This document shows, piece by piece, positions 30,492 through 37,965 of a stretch of 64,000 bases of DNA (the stretch's first letter is position 1; each line of letters starts with the position of its first letter). This DNA comes from Chloroflexota bacterium (GTDB taxonomy: Bacteria > Chloroflexota > UBA11872 > VXOZ01). The stretch is taken from NCBI GenBank assembly GCA_965220175.1, contig OZ244814.1:1735045-1799044 (forward strand), given 5' to 3'. The translations under genes were made by a program, and so were the position numbers. The notes under the pieces were generated by a model. That model was not told where the DNA came from. It worked only from the letters and a program-made list of their open reading frames with translations, and ran no database searches.

Positions 30492-30507
30492 TGTGAAAAA
30501 ATTCACA
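30492..30507. promoter_or_regulatory. CRP-family consensus site TGTGA-N6-TCACA
   Basis: tgtgaaaaaattcaca perfect palindrome ~175 nt upstream of ctaB start. Confidence 0.4.
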
Positions 30508-30682
30508 TGATGGGCCTGGGCATGCAAGGATTGCGGCGATCGGCGCTAGCGTGTCCGCGCCGTGCACCGCGGCCGAACCGGATATGGCATCGGTCTGTCT
30601 GCGGTGCTGCGAGAGACTGAGGAAGTGGGTGGGCCGGGTGCGGGGCCTCGAAAGTACAAGGGTCAGTGTCGATTTGGCGCAG

Positions 30683-31558
30683 ATGACGGAATTCTACAAC
30701 CACTTTCAAAATTACGTGGCGCTGACCAAGCCAAAGATTCTATTACTGCTCCTGATAACGGCGCTGGGCGGGATGTTCCTGGCGAGCAATGGCGCGCCGG
30801 AATGGACGTTGGTTCTCGTAGTGCTCGCGGGTGGCGCATTGGGTTCCGGTGGCGCCAATGCCCTGAACCACTATATGGACAGAGATATCGATGAACAGAT
30901 GGTGCGCACAAGGAAACGGCCGGTTCCAAGAGGCGCCATCAGACCGCTGCATGCGTTGGTTTTCGGAGTTGCCCTGAATGTCTGTGCTTTCGCGCTGCTC
31001 TATACGTATGCCAACTTGCTGAGCGCAAGTTTGACGTTGGGGGCGACGCTCTTCTACGTCGTGGTATACACCGGACTCCTCAAGCGCACCACACCGCAGA
31101 ACATCGTCATCGGCGGCGCGGCGGGGTCGATTCCGCCGTTGGTGGGCTGGGCGGCTGTGACAGGGGGGCTTGCGCTGCCGGCATTCTACCTCTTTGCCGT
31201 GATCTTTCTCTGGACGCCGCCGCACTTCTGGGCGCTGGCGCTCATGTTGAAAGATGACTACGCGAGGGCAGGAGTGCCTATGCTGCCCGTCGTCTCCGGT
31301 GTCGATAAGACGAAGAAACACATCTTCATCTATACCCTGATTGTCGTTGCTTCGACGGTGTTGTTCTTTACTACAGGAGCATTGAGTGCGGTCTATTTGG
31401 CTCTTGCCGTAGCGCTAGGTGCTGGGTTCATTTACTTCGCTTGGCAGCTTTTGAATGGGCCCGGCATAGAGAAAGCCAAGGCGATGTATCTCTACTCTTT
31501 AGCCTACCTTGGGCTTTTCTATCTTGTCATAATGTTTGATAGTATACTCTTTGAATAG
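30683..31558 (+). CDS. ctaB: protoheme IX farnesyltransferase (heme O synthase)
   Basis: UbiA-family prenyltransferase, NALNHYMDRDIDEQMVRTRKRP Asp-rich motif; start at MTEFYNHF (ATG 30683). Confidence 0.85.
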   Translation: MTEFYNHFQNYVALTKPKILLLLLITALGGMFLASNGAPEWTLVLVVLAGGALGSGGANALNHYMDRDIDEQMVRTRKRPVPRGAIRPLHALVFGVALNVCAFALLYTYANLLSASLTLGATLFYVVVYTGLLKRTTPQNIVIGGAAGSIPPLVGWAAVTGGLALPAFYLFAVIFLWTPPHFWALALMLKDDYARAGVPMLPVVSGVDKTKKHIFIYTLIVVASTVLFFTTGALSAVYLALAVALGAGFIYFAWQLLNGPGIEKAKAMYLYSLAYLGLFYLVIMFDSILFE

Positions 31559-31874
31559 GTCAAAGCAGTGCCGAGCCGTCTAATGGGTGCGGAGGTGGGT
31601 CCTGCCGTGCACGATTCCGGCTCGGGAATGCCCTCTCCGTTGATGGCAGAAGGTGAATTGCCCCCTTTGCGGAGTCAGCGGCGCAGTCGCCGGACCCCAG
31701 ATTCACTCTCCAGTTGACGATGTGTGCCCACAAGAGCGGTACGAGTGTTCAATCCGCAACACTGCAAAAGAACTGACGATTGAGAGTATGTGGCGACGAA
31801 ATGCAGGCGATCGGCGGCGGGTGCGATTTCCCAGGGCGCACATCCGCGAGCATGCGCGGAGATAGCCGAGGTCG

Positions 31875-31904
31875 TTGACCATATCCGTCGCGCGTTGGTA
31901 CACT
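31875..31904 (+). promoter_or_regulatory. candidate tRNA-Asn promoter (TTGACC-N18-TACACT)
   Basis: -35/-10 hexamers read at 31875-31880 and 31899-31904, 14 nt before mature tRNA 5' end. Confidence 0.35.
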
Positions 31905-31918
31905 GGAATCGTCAACTT

Positions 31919-31993
31919 TCCGCGGTAGCTCAATGGTAGAGCAGGCGGCTGTTAACCGTCTGGTTCGAGGTTCGAGTCCTCGCCGCGGAGCCA
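31919..31993 (+). tRNA. tRNA-Asn (anticodon GTT)
   Basis: cloverleaf folds by hand: acceptor TCCGCGG/CCGCGGA, D-arm GCTC-AATGGTA-GAGC, anticodon stem GGCGG/CCGTC loop CT-GTT-AA, T-arm CGAGG-TTCGAGT-CCTCG, discriminator G, encoded CCA. Confidence 0.85.
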
Positions 31994-32127
31994 CCTTTTA
32001 AAAGGGGGGTGCCGGTGTTATTCACAGGGGAAAGCTCTGTAAAGTATCGTTCGGACCGAGCCTCTCGAAGGCCGCACGGGTTCATGAACGGGGTGAATTA
32101 GGATAATTCATCACTTAGGACCGCGGG

Positions 32128-32637
32128 GTGGTACTGATCCGCAAACAGCAGTCTGCCGACATTCCCCAGATTCGAGAGGTCAACACGCGGGCCTTCGGCC
32201 AGCCCGATGAGGCAGATCTTGTAGACAAGCTCAGAGAACGCTGTCAGGATCTGGTGGAATTGGTGGCGGTTTTTGGCGACGAGATTATCGGGCATATCGT
32301 TTTCAGCCCAGCCACCGTCGAGTGCGAGGAACGAACGGTAACCGGAGCAGCCTTGGGACCCATGGCCGTGATGCCTCGGCATCAAAGGCAAGGGATCGGC
32401 ACCAAGCTGGTAACAAGCGGCGTCTCACTCCTGCAGCAGAATAACTGTCCGTTCCTGGTTGTCATCGGGCATCCGGATTTCTATCCTCGATTTGGGTTCA
32501 GGCCGGCGAGCCGGTTCGGTGTTCAATGCGACTGGGACGTTCCCGATGCGGTCTTCATGATGATGGTCCTCGCTGAGGAGGAGATGCAGGGAGTCGGGGG
32601 AAGGGTCAAGTTCAGGCCGGAGTTCTCGCAAGCCTGA
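32128..32637 (+). CDS. GNAT family N-acetyltransferase
   Basis: RHQRQGIGTKLV acetyl-CoA binding motif A (Q/RxxGxG/A). Confidence 0.7.
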   Translation: MVLIRKQQSADIPQIREVNTRAFGQPDEADLVDKLRERCQDLVELVAVFGDEIIGHIVFSPATVECEERTVTGAALGPMAVMPRHQRQGIGTKLVTSGVSLLQQNNCPFLVVIGHPDFYPRFGFRPASRFGVQCDWDVPDAVFMMMVLAEEEMQGVGGRVKFRPEFSQA

Positions 32638-32797
32638 CAGTCCACGACTTTCCTTTCTGCCTTCTTTCATCCTGCAGGATCCTGGACATCCCAATGCGAG
32701 GCTTTAGTGAGGAATGCCGCCAACCGCCGGCATGGTGCGGACGGGGAGCCAAAGGGCGAATCGCAGTCTCTTCAGAACTACATGGTGTTTACTCTCA

Positions 32798-33553
32798 ATG
32801 AAGCTTGACCAACGATTGCGCGCCCAGTGGTCGGAACACGTACAAGACTGGATTCAGCAAGACCAGTCAGTGCGCACCGGCATGCTCGATTCCTGGATGC
32901 TGGAGGCACTGGGAGATGTGTGCGGCCGCAACGTGCTCGACATCGGGTGTGGGGAGGGGCGTTTCTGTCGTGTCTTGAGCGGTCTGGGCGCCTTGGTCAC
33001 GGGTGTTGATCTTACTGAGCCATTGATTGAGCAAGCGCGTGGACTGGCTGGCGATGCCGGGACGTATCTCGTAGGCAATGCTGAAGACCTCGCCGGCATA
33101 GATGACGACAGTTTTGACCTGGCTGTGTCCTACATCGTCCTGGTGGACGTGCTCGACTATCGGCGGGCAATTCAGGCCGCCTTTCGCATACTGCGGCCGG
33201 GTGGGCGCTTCATCGTGTGCAATGTTCACCCTATGCGCATGGCCAAACCCAATGGCTGGGTCAAGCTCGGCGATCGCAAGCTCTTCTACGCCGTAGATGA
33301 CTACGCTGACGAGGGATCCCGGGAGTTTGAATGGTGGGGCGCCAACTTCATCAACATGCACCGGACGCTGTCAAGCTATATTACGGCTTTCTTGGATGCT
33401 GGCTTCGAGCTCGAGAGTCTGCTGGAACCAACGCCATCCGACGACCAACTCACTGCGATTCCCTGGCTAGCCGATGAGTTCCGTGTGCCTAACTTCGTCA
33501 TTTATGCGCTGCGGAAGCCTTTGGCCCAGAGGAATCCCACTCCCAAGGATTAA
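32798..33553 (+). CDS. class I SAM-dependent methyltransferase
   Basis: motif I VLDIGCGEGR, motif II/post-I acidic residue, ~250 aa; ATG 32798. Confidence 0.75.
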   Translation: MKLDQRLRAQWSEHVQDWIQQDQSVRTGMLDSWMLEALGDVCGRNVLDIGCGEGRFCRVLSGLGALVTGVDLTEPLIEQARGLAGDAGTYLVGNAEDLAGIDDDSFDLAVSYIVLVDVLDYRRAIQAAFRILRPGGRFIVCNVHPMRMAKPNGWVKLGDRKLFYAVDDYADEGSREFEWWGANFINMHRTLSSYITAFLDAGFELESLLEPTPSDDQLTAIPWLADEFRVPNFVIYALRKPLAQRNPTPKD

Positions 33554-34101
33554 CGCGTTACGTGATTGGCTGCAGACCAGGTTGGCCGGCCTAGCGGTGG
33601 CTCTCGGCGCAACGCACCGCCTAGACCGGTGCATCCCCGCCGCACCATTTTCGATGTCCCTCTACACCGGGTCATCATTGATAACCCCTGCGTTCAATCT
33701 AGACCTGCCTTGACCCGCCATGGATTCGACCACGCGTACTCCTCACCTGCTGCTTCAATCTCGTGTCTTGTTTTGAGAGTATGGGAACGTGTGGCGGTTG
33801 CTCTGAGCAAGGCAAGATGCTTGACGAGTGCTATTTCGTGCTATACCATGGGGCTGCGGTCAAGGAGGACCGTCCCAAACGTCAACACCGAAGGACGTTG
33901 AACATCGGGTAAGGAGGTTGCGCCAAGAACCGACTTTCTAACGTGTTTGCCGTTGCTCGTTCCGGTCTCTGCAGGAAGTAACAAGACGGTGCTGCTGCGG
34001 TGTCGTCAATTTGGCAAACCACCGTGGAGGCATGCGGGCTCGAGTTGCGGTCGTTTTGGGCGCTTGAGAAAGCGATTGTGAGAACCCTGGAGGTCGATCC
34101 A

Positions 34102-34296
34102 ATGAATAAAGGAGATTCTGTTTCTAAGCGAGAGGAAACAGTCTCCGCCGATCCGGAAAACGCGGATCCGGTCGGCGGTGAGTTGACCGAAGACGAATTG
34201 GACGAAGCCGTTGGTGGAGTTGGGAGTGATGAGCAGCCTCCTCAGTCCCCCGGCGAAGGCTCTGGCAGAGGTTGGTGGCACGATCCGAACGACTAG
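34102..34296 (+). CDS. secreted-peptide/RiPP-like precursor with double-glycine leader (64 aa)
   Basis: MNKGDSVSKREETVSADPENADPVGG-ELTEDELDEAVGG | VGSDEQPPQSPGEGSGRGWWHDPND; leader matches L(-12)-S/T-x-x-E(-8)-L(-7)-x-x-hydrophobic(-4)-x-G-G(-1); GGAGG RBS 8 nt before ATG; gene immediately precedes HlyD and C39-ABC exporter genes; alternative in-frame GTG start at 34000. Confidence 0.6.
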   Translation: MNKGDSVSKREETVSADPENADPVGGELTEDELDEAVGGVGSDEQPPQSPGEGSGRGWWHDPND

Positions 34297-34318
34297 GCTC
34301 ATCCTCGCAAGAGACTTG

Positions 34319-34363
34319 CAGGTACGATGGGATTTGCAGGAAACCCATCGTACCTGTTTTTTT
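34319..34363 (+). terminator. rho-independent terminator after precursor gene
   Basis: caggtacgatggg-(12-nt loop)-cccatcgtacctg perfect 13-bp stem followed by TTTTTTT, 22 nt after precursor stop. Confidence 0.75.
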
Positions 34364-34827
34364 GCCTGGCTGATAGAGGCAGCAGTATCTCGCTCCATGG
34401 GCGGCAGTGAGACTGAATAGCAGTTAACAACGCTGGGCGCTCGCACACTCACGAGTGCCGGCAACACAGGGTCCTCATAGCCAGCGTTAGGGGGTGCAGT
34501 CAAGGCCGTGCCGGACGGCTCAGATTGACGCCAGCCGGGAGCTTTACATGCGGACTGTGAGATCGGGCACATGCTGCTTGGCGCAACCTTAGCGCACACC
34601 TGCCGCGGCAAGCCCTGGTTCGCCAGTTCTTGCATGACCACGGAGACTGCGTCGCCGCTTCGAATTCCGAGCAAAACTCCGCGTGCACGAAGCACAGAAT
34701 AGGCAATAGGCAATTGGGTGCCTGCAAGACCGTGGCTGCCGAAGTCTCTTCCGTTCCGTCTGCGGCCAGCTTTACGCTAGAATAGCCCTCATACTGCGGT
34801 CAGCCTCGTAGACAAGAACCTGGAGCG

Positions 34828-35724
34828 GTGACGGTGACGGACAATCGTCGTCTCTTTCGTGAGGAAGCGCTTGCCCGCAGAGGCAAGTCCGAGTCTCTCA
34901 ATGGTCTGCTACGGGTTTCGGGGCCCCACGAGTGGATACTGCTGGTTTGCCTGGGTCTGGGTGTCTTGGGGTTCGTGGTCTGGGGGCTCTTCGGTAGTGT
35001 TGAGGAGAGTGTTCCGGCACGATGCGTGTTGGCACTGCCAGGAGATCGCTATGCGGTGATCGCTGAGTCCGCAGGCACGGTCGTGGATCTCCTGGTGGAT
35101 GCCGGCGACACGGTTGCTGCGGGGCAGCCTCTTGCCAGGCTCAGGTCACCGGAGCTGGGGCGAGAGATTGCGATTGCCCGCTCTCGGGTAGATTACCTGG
35201 AAAGCAAAGATACGACAACGTCCGAGGCCCTTGACGTGGCGCGGTCTGAGTTGACCGAGCTGGAGGCACGCGAGTCATTCGGCGAGTTTCTGACTACGCC
35301 TTACAGCGGTGTAGTTTCTGTCTACGAGTTATCCATCGGTCAGGCGGTTGCTGTTGGCGCCACGGTGGCGAGTGTCCGCGTTGCCGATCGGAACGAGTTC
35401 GAGGCGGTTGCCGTACTCTTGCCGGAGCGCGCACTGCGCCTTGCCGTCGGCATGGAGGCACGGGTGATGGCAATGGGACGTGACGGGGGAAGGAGTGCAG
35501 ACGCCCTCGAGGCCGAGGTGAGCTACGTAGCGCCGCATGCCGCCAGGCTGCCGCACTGGCTGACAGCCCTCGGATTCGCCGACGTCTCCCGCGGCTACAT
35601 TGTCTACTTGGCACTGCACGAGAGCCAAGATGCAACGTTTCAAGACGGCGATCCGTGCGAAGTGCGGATCATCCTGCGCAGAGCCTCACCTGTGCGCATG
35701 CTACTTGCGTCCGCGACCAATTAA
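34828..35724 (+). CDS. HlyD-family membrane fusion / secretion protein (NHLM-type)
   Basis: N-terminal RRLFREEAL + single TM, biotinyl-lipoyl-like hairpin, short coiled coil; GTG start (34828 or 34834 after GGAG). Confidence 0.7.
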   Translation: MTVTDNRRLFREEALARRGKSESLNGLLRVSGPHEWILLVCLGLGVLGFVVWGLFGSVEESVPARCVLALPGDRYAVIAESAGTVVDLLVDAGDTVAAGQPLARLRSPELGREIAIARSRVDYLESKDTTTSEALDVARSELTELEARESFGEFLTTPYSGVVSVYELSIGQAVAVGATVASVRVADRNEFEAVAVLLPERALRLAVGMEARVMAMGRDGGRSADALEAEVSYVAPHAARLPHWLTALGFADVSRGYIVYLALHESQDATFQDGDPCEVRIILRRASPVRMLLASATN

Positions 35725-35738
35725 GGCGGCTTTGAGGT

Positions 35739-37934
35739 ATGCCAGCGAGCGCTGCGGCGAAGCCAACGAAGAAGCGCATTCGCACGCCTCTCTTTCCACA
35801 GCTTGAAACGTCGGAGTGCGGCGCCGCCTGCCTGGGCATTCTGCTCGCCTACTTCGGTCGCTGGGAGTCGATGGAGACGCTGCGCGAAGCATGTGGAGTA
35901 AGCCGGGACGGCACCAGCGCAGCGGACATTGTACGGGCAGCGAGAAAGTTCGATCTGGAGGTCACGGGCTGGCGGCGAGAAGTCAGCCAACTAAAAGAAA
36001 TCGCTTTGCCCGCTGTTCTCTTCTGGGAATTCAATCATTTCCTGGTTCTCGAAGGAGTGAACAACGGGCAATATTTCTTGAATGACCCTGCCAATGGCCG
36101 GCGCAAGGTGAGTGAAGAGACTCTTGACCGGTCGTTTACGGGCGTCGTCCTTACGGCGAAGCCAGGGCCGAACTTCCGTCAAGGCGGCGCTCCGCCCGGT
36201 GTCACGCGCGAGCTCTTTGCGTGGTTGACAGATGTCAAGTCGCCTCTCGCATTTGTCTTAGCGTGTGGGTTGCTCCTGGCACTGCCAGGTCTGTTTCTCC
36301 CCATTCTTCTGAGCCTATTCGTTGACTATGTTCTTGACGGTGCGGGGAGGAATTGGGGGGCCTACCTTGTCACCGCCGCGGCTGTGACCGGTGGTCTTGC
36401 GTATCTTCTCACCTGGCTCCAGCAACACGCCTTGCGCAGACTAGCCGTTAGACTCTCGGTCGTTCACGCAGAACGCATGCTTTCGCGTCTATTCCGGCTG
36501 CCCATCGAATTCTTCGCGCACCGCTATGCGGGCGATCTGACGGCCCGGGTTCAGTTGATCAACGAGGTAACCAACGGCTCGTCGCGCCACTTCGTCGGCA
36601 TCATGATAGAGCTCGTCACGAGCGTGCTATTCCTGGTACTGATGGCCTTATTCGATCCATTGCTCGCCGCAGCCATTGGAGTCCTCGGTGCCGCGAACCT
36701 CGCACTCATGCGTATCCTGAGCCGGTTCCGCAGCGACGAGAATCGCCAGTTGCGGCGCGAGCAAACACTGCTCTTCGGTACCGGCGCGTCAATTCTTCGT
36801 GACATTGACTCTATGCACGCGACTGGCAGCGAGGACGATTACTTTGCGCGCTGGTCAGGGTACCAAGCGCGCGAGCTCATAGCTAGGCAGAAATTCGCGG
36901 AGCTCGGCTATATCATCGCGTCACTGCCGCGGTTTTTCTTGATACTTGGTGGCGTACTCGTGCTGGGACTCGGTGGTTGGCGCGTCATGTCCGCTGACAT
37001 GACGATCGGCATGCTCATGGGATTCTATGTGATTGCCGGCAATTTCCTGCAACCGATTGGCAGGTTCGTCCAGTTTGCCGACACGCTTCAAGTCCTGGAG
37101 GCCGACCTGCAGCGCATAGCAGACATTATGGCGGCACCCGAAGACCCCGCCCTTGCAACGAATGGAGATGCTGGGAACGGCAAGTTGGCGACACTGGGAG
37201 GCCGGTTGCACTTAGCGGGGCGGGTCGAGTTGCGCAATGTAACGTTTGGCTATCACCGCAACCGTCCGCCGCTTATCGAGGATTTTAGCCTCACCATCGA
37301 ACCCGGCCAACGGGTCGCGCTGGTCGGCCCTACAGGATCGGGGAAGTCGACACTCCTAAAGCTGGTTAGCGGCGAGTACTCACCGTGGTCGGGTGAAATC
37401 CTCTTCGACGGTGTGCCGCGCAACAGAATTCCGCGAGAGATACTCACGCGTTCAGTCTCGATTGTGGACCAGCAGGTATTCCTGTTTGCTGCATCGGTAC
37501 ATGACAATCTGACGATGTGGAACCCAACAGTGCCTGACGAACAGGTGGTGAGGGCCGCTCAGGACGCGTTGATTCACAGTGAGATAATGGGCCGGGAATT
37601 CGGCTATGACACGAGAGTGGAGGAGAGCGGAAAGAATTTCAGCGGCGGCCAGCGTCAGCGCTTGGAAATCGCTCGCGCCCTTGTTGACAATCCTTCCGTG
37701 CTCTTTCTCGATGAAGCTACCAGTACGCTTGATGCCGTGAGTGAGATGCGAATTGACGACAGTTTGCGGCGGCGCGGGTGCACCTGCATAATCGTCGCTC
37801 ATCGCTTGAGTACCATCCGCGATTGTGATCAGATTGTCGTGCTCGATCACGGCCGGCAGGTTCAATGCGGTACGCATGAGAGTCTCTTGGGCGATGAGCA
37901 GGGCCTTTACTACCAACTTATCCAAGCGCAATGA
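35739..37934 (+). CDS. ABC transporter with N-terminal C39 peptidase domain (bacteriocin-processing, ABC1)
   Basis: C39 catalytic Cys in LETSECGAACLGILLAYF and His in WEFNHFLVLEG, 6-TM domain, Walker A GPTGSGKST, signature FSGGQRQR, Walker B VLFLDEATS. Confidence 0.85.
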   Translation: MPASAAAKPTKKRIRTPLFPQLETSECGAACLGILLAYFGRWESMETLREACGVSRDGTSAADIVRAARKFDLEVTGWRREVSQLKEIALPAVLFWEFNHFLVLEGVNNGQYFLNDPANGRRKVSEETLDRSFTGVVLTAKPGPNFRQGGAPPGVTRELFAWLTDVKSPLAFVLACGLLLALPGLFLPILLSLFVDYVLDGAGRNWGAYLVTAAAVTGGLAYLLTWLQQHALRRLAVRLSVVHAERMLSRLFRLPIEFFAHRYAGDLTARVQLINEVTNGSSRHFVGIMIELVTSVLFLVLMALFDPLLAAAIGVLGAANLALMRILSRFRSDENRQLRREQTLLFGTGASILRDIDSMHATGSEDDYFARWSGYQARELIARQKFAELGYIIASLPRFFLILGGVLVLGLGGWRVMSADMTIGMLMGFYVIAGNFLQPIGRFVQFADTLQVLEADLQRIADIMAAPEDPALATNGDAGNGKLATLGGRLHLAGRVELRNVTFGYHRNRPPLIEDFSLTIEPGQRVALVGPTGSGKSTLLKLVSGEYSPWSGEILFDGVPRNRIPREILTRSVSIVDQQVFLFAASVHDNLTMWNPTVPDEQVVRAAQDALIHSEIMGREFGYDTRVEESGKNFSGGQRQRLEIARALVDNPSVLFLDEATSTLDAVSEMRIDDSLRRRGCTCIIVAHRLSTIRDCDQIVVLDHGRQVQCGTHESLLGDEQGLYYQLIQAQ

Positions 37935-37965
37935 TCCAGGATAACCACAACCGGGGAAGACTCAC

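Noticed and set aside
34000-34101. Longer 98-aa form of the precursor starting at GTG 34000
   Set aside because: No RBS before the GTG, whereas GGAGG sits 8 nt before ATG 34102; the 64-aa form gives a leader of typical double-glycine length. Kept as an alternative, not excluded.
34006-34713. 235-aa ORF on - strand overlapping the precursor gene
   Set aside because: No motif, low-complexity composition, antisense to a gene with RBS and a dedicated terminator; judged spurious.
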